Source of the DNA: Octopus bimaculoides
Lineage: Eukaryota
DNA: 64,000 bases
Direction: 5' to 3'
Assembly: GCF_001194135.2 (NCBI RefSeq)
Contig: NC_068989.1
Coordinates: 41,491,586 to 41,555,585, forward strand
A program made the translations under genes and the position numbers. Below the pieces are notes generated by a model. It did no database searches. It saw only the letters and a list, made by a program, of their open reading frames with translations, and was not told the DNA's origin. The stretch's first letter is position 1. Every line of letters begins with the position of its first letter. Below, piece after piece: positions 10,748 to 23,063 of the stretch.

Positions 10748-11179
10748 ATAAAATACATGGAGGAGTTGCTTTGCTATGGATGCACTTTCTGTTATAACTA
10801 CAAACGTTTGCATTACATCACAATTGATTTTGTCTGTTTAACTGAATTGTTATGAGCAGCAGACACTGACTGTGGTTACAGTGCTAAATGAGTGACTTCA
10901 CACACACACACACAAGTTTGGAAAAAAATTCCTATTGCATGTTTGACATGATGAGTTTGAGGGTACTTGTTCCAATACCTATGGTAAAATAAATATTAAT
11001 TAATTTTTATATTCTAACGTGTTTTTATTTCTTTCTTTGCAGATTATTTTATAACAATAGTGGTTAAATTTGTATCAGTTTTATCCTTTTAAAATGAGTT
11101 TAGATCAGACCCATATCAGGCACTGCATGCTACATGAATTTTAAAGGAACTCTTTAACAATGAAAGCAGCAAGAAATAT

Positions 11180-11432
11180 CTCTTTTACTTATCTCAGTCA
11201 TTTGACTGCGGCCATGCTGGAGCACCACCTTTAGTCGAGCAAATCGACCCCAGGACTTATCCTTTGTATGCCTGGTACTTATTCGATCGGTCCCTTTTGC
11301 CGAACAACTAAGTTACGGGTACGCAAACACACCAGCATCGGTTGTCAAGCGATGTTGGGGAACAAATGCACACGCACAAACATATACACACACACAAACA
11401 TATATACACACACATACATATATATATATATA
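11180..11432 (-). mobile_element. SINE 3' module A plus microsatellite spacer, running into a gap
   Basis: CAGTCATTTGACTGCGGCCATGCTGGAGCACC...CACCAGCATCGGTTGTCAAGCGATG; CpG-rich, so a young copy. Confidence 0.8.
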
Positions 11433-12246
11433 NNNNNNNNNNNNNNNNNNNNNNNNNNNNNNNNNNNNNNNNNNNNNNNNNNNNNNNNNNNNNNNNNNNN
11501 NNNNNNNNNNNNNNNNNNNNNNNNNNNNNNNNNNNNNNNNNNNNNNNNNNNNNNNNNNNNNNNNNNNNNNNNNNNNNNNNNNNNNNNNNNNNNNNNNNNN
11601 NNNNNNNNNNNNNNNNNNNNNNNNNNNNNNNNNNNNNNNNNNNNNNNNNNNNNNNNNNNNNNNNNNNNNNNNNNNNNNNNNNNNNNNNNNNNNNNNNNNN
11701 NNNNNNNNNNNNNNNNNNNNNNNNNNNNNNNNNNNNNNNNNNNNNNNNNNNNNNNNNNNNNNNNNNNNNNNNNNNNNNNNNNNNNNNNNNNNNNNNNNNN
11801 NNNNNNNNNNNNNNNNNNNNNNNNNNNNNNNNNNNNNNNNNNNNNNNNNNNNNNNNNNNNNNNNNNNNNNNNNNNNNNNNNNNNNNNNNNNNNNNNNNNN
11901 NNNNNNNNNNNNNNNNNNNNNNNNNNNNNNNNNNNNNNNNNNNNNNNNNNNNNNNNNNNNNNNNNNNNNNNNNNNNNNNNNNNNNNNNNNNNNNNNNNNN
12001 NNNNNNNNNNNNNNNNNNNNNNNNNNNNNNNNNNNNNNNNNNNNNNNNNNNNNNNNNNNNNNNNNNNNNNNNNNNNNNNNNNNNNNNNNNNNNNNNNNNN
12101 NNNNNNNNNNNNNNNNNNNNNNNNNNNNNNNNNNNNNNNNNNNNNNNNNNNNNNNNNNNNNNNNNNNNNNNNNNNNNGTGCAATAAACTGGTTATATTTC
12201 TACAATACACAAAATATTTTAACAATTTTTATACAAGTCCTAATAA

Positions 12247-12640
12247 TACTCTCTTTTACTTGTTTCAGTCATTTGACTGTGGCCATGCTGGAGCACCGCC
12301 TTTAGTCAAGCAAATCGACCTCAGGACTTATTCTTTGGAAGCCTAGTACTTATTCTATCAGTCTGTTTTGCCGAACCGCTAAGTTACGGGGACGCAAACA
12401 CACCAGCATCAGTTGTCAAGCAATGTTGGAGTGACAAACACAGACACAAACATACATATATCTATATATACATATATATGACAGGCTTCTTTCAGTTTCT
12501 GTCTACCAAATTCACTCACAAGGCTTTGGTCGGCCCGAGGCTATAGTAGAAGACACTTGCTCAAGGTGCCACACAGTGGGAATGAATCCCAAACCATGTG
12601 GTTGGTAAGCAAGCTACTTACAACACAGCCACTCCTGCAC
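12247..12640 (-). mobile_element. Full-length tRNA-derived SINE (head, TA spacer, module A)
   Basis: Head reverse complement GCAGGAGTGGCTGTGTTGTAAGTAGCTTGCTTACCAACCACATGGTTTGGG; same tail as 11180. Confidence 0.85.
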
Positions 12641-12659
12641 ATGAAAATACAATTGGCTT

Positions 12660-12746
12660 TTTTAAACATCAAATTGGTATGGGGGTCCACAGAAGTAAAA
12701 TAGGAATCAAAGGGGTCCATAGGTAAAAAATGGTTGAGAACCCCTG
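12660..12746 (-). mobile_element. hAT-type MITE terminal fragment
   Basis: Ends GGTTGAGAACCCCTG (reverse complement CAGGGGTTCTCAACC), a typical hAT MITE terminus. Confidence 0.5.
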
Positions 12747-12769
12747 GGTTAGACAGTTTGATTGGGACT

Positions 12770-12985
12770 GGTAGGCTGAACCAGGCTTCAGTCTGTTTTG
12801 GCTTGGTTTCTATAGCTGGATGTCCTTCCTAATACCAACCACTTTAAGAGTGTACTGGGAACCTCTAACAAGTCCCCAGCATGGGTATCTTTTACATGCC
12901 ACCAGCATGAGTGCCTTTTATGTATCACAGGCATGGGTGCCTCTTACATGTCACCAGCACTGGCCATAACTTGGCACTGGTCACC
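12770..12985 (-). mobile_element. RTE-tail SINE fragment
   Basis: CTATAGCTGGATGTCCTTCCTAATACCAACCAC plus three degenerate ~24-bp units. Confidence 0.65.
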
Positions 12986-13099
12986 TATAGAAATGAAATT
13001 TCAAATGACTGGATATGCCAATGATGGGTTGACCAATTTTGCAGATTGCCCTCGAACTACATGACCAAGTTCAGTCAATATTCAGCTTCTGAAAACTAT

Positions 13100-13415
13100 G
13101 GCATTACATTGGTTATGACGGCAAGGGTTCCAGTTGATCCGATCAACAGAACAGCCTGCTCATGAAATTAACATGCAAGTGGCTGAGCAGTCCACAGACA
13201 CGTGTACCCTTAATGTAGTTCATGGGGAGATTCAGCATGACACAGAAAGTGATAAGGCTGGTCTACTGAAATACAGGTACTACCCATTTTTGACAACTGA
13301 GTGGACTGGAGCAATGTGAAATAAGATGTTTTGCTGAAGGACACATGTTGCCAGGAATTAAACTCGTGACCTTATGATTGTGAACCAAATACCCTAACCG
13401 CTATGCTATGCACCT
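13100..13415 (-). mobile_element. tRNA-head SINE with CORE-like middle and tail T1
   Basis: Tail GGGTTCCAGTTGATCCGATCAACAGAACAGCCTGCTCATGAAATTAAC is shared with 59101; head and middle are shared with 13817. Confidence 0.8.
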
Positions 13416-13816
13416 TTACTGAAAGCTATAGTTGAAGACAATTCACAACAAACTACTTGGGAATGAACAAAATAGCTTAAATCATGTCACATTTCAATTA
13501 TAAAATACCTTCACAAACTAGGAAAGGTGTTTAAATTTGGTCAGAGAGGCCCTCATCAAATGACTGCTTCAAATCTTAGAGTCACCCTCTGCTTGTCATT
13601 GAAGAGTAGAGTTGTAGACTTAATACCAAACCTTTCTTAGGTAGAATCATCACGAGTGATAAAAAGTAGATTCTCTCTAATTATAGTCAACAAAAATGAC
13701 AAAGGTTAGTGCCCAAGGAAAAAGGAGTTGAGCTAAAACAGGACTACAACCCACCGCAAATTTTGCTCTTTTCTTTTTATTGTGTTTGATGCAATACAAA
13801 GGGTGTCATTTATCCA

Positions 13817-14160
13817 GTGGAGGCACATGGCTCAGTGGTTAGAGAGACAGGCTCACAATCATGAGATAGCGAGTTTGATTCCCAGACTGGGTGTATGTTG
13901 TGTTCTTGAGTAAGACACATTATTTCATGCTGCTCCAGTTCACTCAGCTGTAGAAATGAGTTGTGATGTCACTGGTGCCATATTGTATCAGCCTTTGCCT
14001 TTCCCTTGGATAACATCGGTGGCATGGAGAAGGGAGGCTAGTATGCATGGGTGACTGCTGGTCTTCCATGAACAACTTTGCCAGGACTTGTGCATTGGAG
14101 GGGAACTTTCTAGGTGCAATCCCATGGTCATTCATGACCGAAGGGGGTCTTTACTTTTTT
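13817..14160 (+). mobile_element. tRNA-head SINE with CORE-like middle and tail T2
   Basis: GGAGGCACATGGCTCAGTGGTTAGA...GAGTTTGATTCCCAG (A/B-box-like), then GTGTTCTTGAGTAAGACAC...CTCCAGTTCACTCAGCTG. Confidence 0.8.
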
Positions 14161-14189
14161 ACACTTTACCTATTTATCCAACTGTGTCA

Positions 14190-14560
14190 AACAAAAATGA
14201 ACTAGTTAGTGTGAAGTATTGTCATTGATTTGGAAGCAAAGCACAATAATTTACAGGAAAAGGGCCAGTATTGATCAATCGTAAAGAGATGTTGCTCTCA
14301 CATGATAATGCAAGATCACATATTGCCCACATTACTCAGGGAAAGATTATGGTACTAAATACAGATTTGCTTAAATTTCCTTATTCTCCTAATCCTGCTC
14401 CATCTGACTATCATCATATCAGATCACTGCAACATTATTTAGAAGGAGAATCATTTATTAATTGTGAAGTTAAATATGACACGGTGCACTTCTTTGCTTT
14501 GAAACCTGAATTTAACATCCAAGGGTTCAACAATTTGCTAAATAGATAGAATTATGAAAT
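14190..14560 (+). mobile_element. mariner (DD34D) transposase C-terminal remnant
   Basis: ORF 14271-14549: NRKEMLLSHDNARSH...FPYSPNPAPSDYHHIRSLQHYLEG matches the HDNARPH and YSPDLAPSDY motifs. Confidence 0.85.
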
Positions 14561-15099
14561 CATTAACAAGGGAAAATATTATCTTGATTCTATATGTCAG
14601 TTAAGACCAAAGAAACATCTGTTTCTTTTATTATCTAGAGATGTGACTAGGCTTTTCATTCCACCATAATGTGTACATACATTCATACATACCACAACAT
14701 ACACAATGGCTATGTGGTGAACAGACAGTATATTTAGTGTTGAAATAGTAGTCGAAGACATACATGCATGCATATATACACGCACACACACATTCATACA
14801 TACATAAAGTAACAAAGGGTACAACAAAACTGTTGTGGAGAGTAGGAAATCTAATGTTTTGGACAGTTTTTCTTGCAGATTATGGGGAAGATGTGGGAGG
14901 AAAAAGAAAAGGCAGCAGAGTCTTATAACCTTTCAGCTTGTGCAACTGACGGGGGGAATGCAAGACATTGTCTATATAGATAGGAAGTTGTAGGAAAAGA
15001 GAAAGTAAAAGAAGGAAAAAGTTATGTAAAGAGAACAGAAAGTTAGTGAGGGTGAGTTGGAGGCAAAAATTAAGGTAAGAGAGCTGAAGGATAACAATT

Positions 15100-15460
15100 A
15101 TCCCTGATTATGACAACCACTTTGTTGACTACTCTGAGAGCAAATTTTTGCCCAACTTGTGGGATCCATCCAGAGCTATATGGTCAGTATATTGATGATT
15201 GCACCAGTGCTACAACACCCACAGACCAAAAAGCTCAATAGGCTCATGTCTTTTATGAACTTTTACAGTCCACCTTAGAATTTGCCTTTACTGTATCTGA
15301 TACTTCTGCTAGTTTTCTCAACATCTCTTCCACTATCAACTTGTCAACCTTTGCCCACAAAAACCTACTGACTCCCACTCCTTTTCCCATTATTCTTCTC
15401 CACTTAAGCACACTACATCTGCCATACCATTCCCTCAATTTCTCAAGCTTCACTGATTCT
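15100..15460 (+). mobile_element. Penelope-like element reverse transcriptase remnant
   Basis: PELYGQYIDDCTSAT (YIDD at 15188-15199), LEFAFTVSDTSASFLNIS and KPTDSHS (15361-15381). Confidence 0.75.
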
Positions 15461-15574
15461 GTAGCATTCATTCAGATTTAAATCTAATGTAAGAGAATGT
15501 GACAAATCTTGAATTGAAGATACTTTTGATTGGTTTTGGATACTATATATCCAAGCAATTGACTGTGTTACATC

Positions 15575-15745
15575 ATTATCGTCATTTAGTGTCTGCTTGC
15601 ATGGGCTGGACAGTTTGACTGGAACTGGTAAGCCAGTGAGTTGCACCAAGTTCCAGTCTGACTTGGCAACCACTCCAAGAGTATAATGGGTGCTTTTTAC
15701 ATGTCACCAGCACAGATGTTTTTAAGCACCAGTCATGCGACACCA
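15575..15745 (-). mobile_element. RTE-tail SINE fragment
   Basis: CATTATCGTCATTTAGTGTCTGCTTGCATGGGCTGGACAG...GGGTGCTTTTTACATGTCACCAGC. Confidence 0.6.
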
Positions 15746-15771
15746 TTACATATATTAGTGACAGAGGCAGT

Positions 15772-16076
15772 ATTAATACCAAGAGGTCATATTTATCACC
15801 ACTTAAATGTGGATGTTCCATTAGAACAAACTATATTGTGATAGATACTATGATAAAAACTTGTCATGTTGTCTTTTGGTGCAAAATACATTTTTGTTTA
15901 TATCACTAGCAGATAGATAGTGGGGACTTATCTCCCCACTAGCAATATAAACAAAGAGTACATTTTGCACCAATAGCCAATATGAGAGTTTCTCTCATGG
16001 TATCTACGGCAGAATAGTTTGTTCTAAGAGAACATCCACATTTAAGTGAGCATAAATATTACCTCTTTAGTACTAG
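15772..16076. mobile_element. Degenerate fold-back MITE (~135-bp arms, short centre)
   Basis: AGAGGTCATATTTATCACCACTTAAATGTGGATGTT... at 15782 onward is the reverse complement of ...AACATCCACATTTAAGTGAGCATAAATATTACCTCT ending near 16066. Confidence 0.75.
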
Positions 16077-16524
16077 TCTCCTTTTCTCTCTACATACAGT
16101 ATTCCATCCTCCCACTGAAATGCACTCATCTACAACTTCTAAATCAAAAGGTCCATGGTGCCTTGCACCACCATAAACAACTAGACACTTTTAAACGTGT
16201 TTTCAGATGATGCAAACCAACCCCTATATTCTAAATTCATCACTCTACATCTTGCTTGTAATTCCAGCACAATTTAATTGAATATTATTTTCTAGCAAGC
16301 ATATACTATGTTTTAGCAAGCACTTATAGATATTCTAAGCTAATGTACAAATGTTAAGATCTTTCTGTTAAGTCCTATACCCACATTTAATTATATCCCT
16401 ACTTTTCATTGAACTTAAAGTTTAAAATATCAATTCCTTATAGTTACAATAAATAAATTTTTTATTCAGGTAACTATAAACAAACACTTACATCTAAAGC
16501 ATATTCACTGCCCTCATTATTTAT

Positions 16525-16710
16525 CTTATCGTCATTTAATGGGCTTTCCATGGTGGCATGGGTTGGATGGTTTGGCTGGAGCTGAAAAGGTTAAGGGCTG
16601 CACAAGGCTTCATTGTCTGTTCCAGCATGGTTTCTGTGGCTGGATGCTCTTCCTAATGCTAACCACTCCACAGAGTGTATCAGGTGCTTTTTAGGTGGCA
16701 CCAGCACCTG
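16525..16710 (-). mobile_element. RTE-tail SINE fragment
   Basis: TCGTCATTTAATGGGCTTTCCATGG...GGATGCTCTTCCTAATGCTAACCAC. Confidence 0.65.
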
Positions 16711-17679
16711 TATTAATTCTGTTGGGGTGGACGGGTCTTCTAGATTACAGAAAAGTACTAGATATCTTGGTCAGGTTATATAAACTTATAAACCTGAATC
16801 CCATCATATTTAGCTGATTTATAACAATATACTTATATTACCTCTCAATTCTCTTGCTTTTCTCCTCCTCTACTGAGCATAACCCTTTCCTTCCCACATA
16901 CATTGCTCTTGCATTGACCACCATGCCACACAGCTACTGGTTCATGGGTATATTTCATCTTGTAAGTCAACCCCCCTCAAAGCTTTAGGCCTTCTCTTCA
17001 CATAATTCCAATTTATTTGCCTCATTTGTTCTTGCTGTTCTATACAGGTCTTCTTCACACCATCTTACTTAATACCTCCCCCCAACTTCCCTACCATATT
17101 GGCACTGGTCACTTCTTTCTATATCCTCTTCTAACTTTTGAACTTAATTCCTTGTCATGTTTGTTAATTTTCCATCTAGCCTCTTATGACCTTGTATTCT
17201 CTGCTGCTCTTCCTCTAAATTTATCTCTGTATACTTACTTCTACTAGTATATCATTACTTCCTATTAAGGCTCTCTCTCATTCTTCCTCCTATGATGGAA
17301 TAAATTGCAACTATAATAATGGCTGCTGATTGCTTGCAGGGAAATGCACTATCTGCACATCTATTCTTGAAATGGCTTTAACAGACTATCTGTACACCTT
17401 CTTTCTCATCCGGCTTTGGATACCACTTATGGTGACTAGCTTTATCAATAATTTGAACCTATCCAATAACTGTTCCAGGAAATACTAGCATATACCATAA
17501 CCATTATAAACATTCTTCAAATGACCTTTTAAATATGTCTTGTGATCTATACTCCTGTAACCCACATCTTATATATATAAACATTAAAACATTATAAGTT
17601 GAATTGATACTTGCTTGCTTGTTAATCCTTTTATTCTATATGTGGTTGTGTGTGTGTGTCAAGCTAAATAAATACAAGG

Positions 17680-17925
17680 TCATCCTTGCATACAGGCATG
17701 ACCCCTGCATCTCTCTTCAGCTAAGCATTCCTAATCTTCCGGGCTCATAGGTGCCACATAAAAGCACTCACTACACTCTGTACAGTAGTTAGCATTAGGA
17801 AGGGCATCCAGCTGCAGAAACCATGTCAAAACAGACCTGAAACCCAGGAAGCTCTTCAGCTGGCCAGCTCCTGCCAAACTGTCCAACCCATACCAGCATG
17901 GAAAATGGACATTAAATGATGATAT
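17680..17925 (+). mobile_element. RTE-tail SINE
   Basis: GTGCCACATAAAAGCACTCACTACACTCTG...GCATGGAAAATGGACATTAAATGATGAT. Confidence 0.7.
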
Positions 17926-18849
17926 GTGTGTGTGTATGAAGGCATGTGGCCAGTGTTAAGTATTGTGTGCTCCAAGTTACAAGATCATGATTTGCAGTTA
18001 TTACAGAATACTGTTGGTAGTCCTGGTGTAAAATATCTTGCTCTAATTTTTACTCTCTTTTCTTCCTGTTGTTTGTTCCAATTTGACTCCTGCATCATTG
18101 AAATGTCAGTTAATGACATCCTTACAATGGAATTTCAGATAACTGTAGAGCACAGCCTTGAGGATTCTAGTACCCTTCTTACAGATCACATATCCCACCC
18201 AGTGTAGGATAGATACAAATCTAGGCACACTTGCATGCTGCAGGACCATCAAGTTGAAGATGTAATCTTACCTTGTGAATGACATAGATGTATTATATAT
18301 CCTAGCTTCTTGATTGTAACATATATCTCACCTTGCTTGCAAGGCTTGTTGGGTCTTCTCCAACATTGCAGGTTACCAATAAACAGTCTTTTGTCTACCC
18401 ATATAAAAATTTCCACTACATATCAATGAATGGTATCACCTACTTTGAGGGCACTGGTTTAGTTGCTTATACCTACCCCAGTACTTATTTTAAAGTCAGC
18501 TACTTTCTGAGGCTATAGTAAAAGACAGTTGCCCATGGTACCATGCAGTGGAACTGAACCTGAAAACATGTGGTTTGCAAAGCAACCTTCTTAATCATAT
18601 GATCATACCTGTGCCTAAAAATTTTCTCCACTTGCTGAGGTACTTGAAGTTGCAATCCTTAGATGAAATTATAGTATGTAAAACTGATGTTAAGTGACTG
18701 ATATCCAAAAACACACATATGGTGGAAGTTGACCTGTGACTGAGTTAAGGCCACTTCTTAAACCCATTTCACTCTAAGAAATATCTCATGTTTGGTCTCC
18801 CCATCACTGACATCTCATATAGCTCCTAGGGCTTTCAAGTCATTCTACA

Positions 18850-20830
18850 TTGACCACAAATCAGCCTTCTAGGAACAGGGTGTTGGGACCTGCAATGCTG
18901 AAAGAATCCACTAGCCAACCCACACACCCGACATACAAGGTGCATGAGAGAACATGTTGTATAGCACATTGGTAGACACAGGATCCTCCATGACCATGTT
19001 TGTGGATGAATAGGCCTGCCTTTGGGAAGCTGATGCAGCCATACTGGTCGTACAAAAGAAATTCTTTTGCACCCTTCTCAGAGAGCACTCATGTCCTCTG
19101 TATATTAAAAAAACATTTTTCAACTCAGAGTATGCAACCCAGTTGTCCTCAAAATACTTTAACACCAGTAGCAATCAGATCCTTCCTCAGCTCCCTATCT
19201 AATGCAAGATCTTCCCAGGTATTAGTACTGCTGTTTATCTGTGTCTTTAAGAGTACTGCTGAAATGCTTGCATGGTTTGCACTGAGGATGCTTTTCTTGC
19301 TTCAGGTCACCATACAACACATGTTTTGCTATGCTGATGTCCTCTACTTGCACAAGATGATCAGAACATCTAAGCTGGTGTTTCATAATCATGAACTCAA
19401 TACTAGCCATCTTCACCAGTTGCTGTACTCTCATATCAGGCACATGAGCTCACCATGAGATCTTAAGGGTATTATGCAAGCATTGCTGGTGGAATCGCTT
19501 GAGACATTGGATACGTCTGTGATAGATTGTCAATGTCTAACATCCATACAACAGTGCAGTTAAAACACATGCTGGATAGACCTCAACTATTGTTGCCACT
19601 TTGATGTCTGGTTGTGGATAAAGCATTGATTCAAGCTTTCCAAACACATCACAAGCCTTAAAAAGTCTCTAATGATCTCCTCACCAAGTGTGTTAAATCT
19701 AGATATTGTACAACCAAGTAGATAAATGTATCCATGACTTTTAACCTTGTACTCTTGGTGTGTATATCAATGATGGGATACATGGCTAGCCTAGTATTAG
19801 TTGTAGCATGACTACTGTCTTCTCAAGACTGATTTGCAAGTCTAAACTCATCACGTGGCTGAAAAGCAGTCAATCAAGAGCTGCGGGTCTTCCTCAGAGT
19901 GGGTTACGTGATTGCAATCGTCAGTGTAAAGGAGATGAAAGTTTTTGTTACTGTAGTAAAACAACAATGTTGAAAAGCATTCCTTTTGTACAGTAAAAGG
20001 TGTAGATGCCAGCTTCGCTATATGCAAAAGCTTGTAAGATAACAATAGCAAAGATGGTGAACAAAGTAAGGGGCAGGAGATCACCTTAACATCAGATTCA
20101 ACGGAGATGGGTTCTAGTAGTTTACCATTGATACAAACCCATGCCATCATGTTGTCATGAAGAGAACGAACGGACCTTGTGAAATTTTCTGGACACCCCA
20201 AAGAGTTGGCCTACGTACAGTGTCAAAACCTTGGTAAGATCAATGAAACACTGGTACAGATCAAGTCACTGATCTCTGCACTTCTCTTGTCTGTGTCAGC
20301 CTGTGAAGATCATATCAGTTGTACCTTGATTTGATCAAAAGCCACATGCTTCAGCAACCAATTGAGAAGTATCCTTGCAAAGATTTTGTCAACATAGAGA
20401 TCCCGTGGTAGTTATCACATACATCTTTGAGTCCTTTCTTATACAAAGAAACAAAGATGGCATCTTTCCAGTCTTGTGGGGTTTTGCTTCTGAACGACAC
20501 TGTATGAAATATGGTAGATAAAAAACCCCAGTATCTCATCACCACATTTCTCAACCAGTTCAGTAACAATGCAATCATACCCAAAGGCTTTCCCCATATT
20601 CATCAATTCTACAGCTACCATTATTTCATCATTAGTCAGTGGATCATCAGTCTGGTGAAATACAAGTGCTGGTACAAACCCTTAAAGCAGGATGTCAGTA
20701 TGTACTATGGCCTGATGGATCAAGACATCACTGAAATACTGCTGCCACCTGGCCTTGATTTCATCTTACTTGTGCAGCAACACATTACCAGTCTGTTCAC
20801 AGTGATGCAAAGACGGAGAGTTGCAGTCAG
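18850..20830 (-). mobile_element. RTE-clade LINE, highly degenerate RT region
   Basis: Fragments PQDWKDAIFVSLYKKGLKDVCDNYHGISML, RSLHDNMMAWVCING and [18 protein letters not shown] across frameshifts. Confidence 0.85.
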
Positions 20831-20954
20831 CAAAAAAAAAAAAAATGTCGGCAAAATTCAGATATCTACTGCCAAATGAAATTCAAAATCTCTGTATCAC
20901 CATCTATCAATCTATCTATCTATATGTATATGCACACACACACACACAGAGGGA

Positions 20955-21365
20955 CACCATGCAACCATGAGGCTCTGAGTTTAGTCTTACTGCACAGCAC
21001 CTCAAGCAAGTGTTTTAGTGCCTTTTACTATAACCTTGGGTTAACCAATGCTTTGTGAGTGAATTTGGTAGACAGGAACCATGTGGAAGCTCATCATGTG
21101 TTTGAATATATATGTATGTATGTATGTATGTATGTGTGTACATCATTGTTTGTTCCTCCCACCAATACTTGAAGACTGGTGTTCGTTTGCATACGACCCC
21201 TTCTAGCAGTTTGGCAAATGAAACCAATGGAATAAGTACCAAACTTCAAAAAAAAAAAAAAAAAAGTACTGGGGTCAATTTGTTCGACTAAAAGCTTCAA
21301 GGCAGTGTCCCAGCATGGCTGCAGTCCAATGACTGAAACAAGCAAAAGGCAAAAGATAAATATCG
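20955..21365 (+). mobile_element. tRNA-derived SINE (head remnant, TATG spacer, module A)
   Basis: GTGAGTGAATTTGGTAGACAGGAACC, (TATG)n, then GGGGTCAATTTGTTCGACTAAAAG...CAGCATGGCTGCAGTCCAATGACTGAAACAAG. Confidence 0.75.
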
Positions 21366-22880
21366 GTTTGATCATCTGACGTTTGTTTTTTGACACTAGT
21401 AAGAGTTACAAGTAATAAATAGGCTTCCGAGAGACTTCGCCGCAAATCGAAAGCTCTGGCATGGTAAATTTAATGTTCTCGCCTAGAGATTGCAGTGGCG
21501 TGAAACAAGTGATTAAAAGACATTAAGATAGGCAGGCAGACAGACAATTACTACTGTACATGGTTCTGTAATCCATTTTAGTTTCATTTTGAATATTTAC
21601 GTTTTTTAAAGCATAACTTTGCTTGCCTCTTTCTGACAAATTGCTAATAATTAGCGTTAAAATAAATCTAAACTATACTGAAATCTAAGGACTTAAATTT
21701 TTTTTTTAAAATGTTTATTTATGGAGAATAAATCTTACAGGAAGTTACAGAGTTGGGCTACCACGTGGGAATTAAGGGTTAAAATATTGTTATTGTGTAC
21801 AGAAGTGCGCAATAAACATAAATTCTTAGTTCAATACAAAATACTGTTTAAATTTACATTCAATATTAACTATTAATGAAGGAGCAATAAAGTTACAATT
21901 ATACTTGAAAGAACGAAACTACTTAATAATTAAAGCACAATAAACGTTAGGACTACTTCCTCTTTGACCGATTTCAGTCATCGGACTCCTCGCCTTCAAA
22001 ACTTTTAACTAATCATATCGACTTCAGCACTTACTTAATTGAGCCCCTATTTCAACGGAGATTTTGTAGAAGATAATTGTCGGTATATTGTGTAATCGAA
22101 CTCGGAACTACGTGGTTGCGAATAACTCTTTGTTCTATATCTAAATAAAAGACGGAATAATCACCAGAGACGCTTTTTTTATAAGTCTACAAAACCACAA
22201 CTAACTGGGATTAAACGATCGCTATTTTTTAAATTTCGTTTCCGGATAATATTGTAAACATTAACCTTTATTTGGTACTTGCTATAAATTATGCTGAGGT
22301 TTTATTCACAAATTTATAGACAGTGTTTTAAGCTCACTTTTGAGAAATTTTCTGACACCCATATAACACTGTGTGTTATTAAATAAAACCAATAAAGGAG
22401 CCTCTAACTGGTCACCAAATATGCTGGAAACAGTAGCCAAAGCACCTAATAATAATACTAACTTCCACTTGAGAACACATCGGATAATAATGTCATTGTA
22501 GACAAATATAATAAGACAATCAGAGCTGGATCGGTTTAATCAAACGATCTGATTCATTAGGGTTAAATAACAAATAAAATTTGTGTGTGTGTCTGTGTAC
22601 GGATAGTGTCTATAAACGGACAGAAAAAAAAAAGTTGTGGTGATGGCAAAATAAAACAATTTAAAATTTTGAGAAATGATTCTTTTTCCAGACGTGTAAT
22701 ATCCGTTGTCAGAAATACAAGACACAAATTAAATATAACACACACACACACATTTAAACACGTGTAGACGTCCATGTATTTGTCGGAGGGTTGTACTATA
22801 TGGTGTTGCTCTCGATTTTCGAGTAACCATAAGAAGAAAGCAAGGAAGCAAGCAAGGAATTTTCAGCTAATTTCACTTAC

Positions 22881-23063
22881 ATTTAACAAATATATATGTT
22901 CCGAGCAATATTTGTCGTCATTATTCGGTCTGAACCGACAGAATCTTTTCTTTTTTTTAACGTAGAACGAACATGAAGGAGGAGCACCAACTTGTGGTGG
23001 ATTATTTACAGAAGAATCAGATGGTGATGTCGATGATGTTGTTGCTGCTGTCTCTACAGACAT
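22881..23063 (-). CDS. TRMT13: TRMT13 exon 1 (183 nt): N-terminus and TRM13 CCCH zinc finger
   Basis: MSVETAATT...CSFYVKKKKRFCRFRPNNDDKYCSEH matches the TRM13 motif CxYYVxKKKRFC...FCGEH; phase-0 donor AAT|gtaagt at 22881/22880. Confidence 0.92.

Noticed and set aside
13817-13890. tRNA-like sequences with A/B boxes (many copies)
   Set aside because: They are SINE heads with no complete cloverleaf, each continuing into a shared SINE body.
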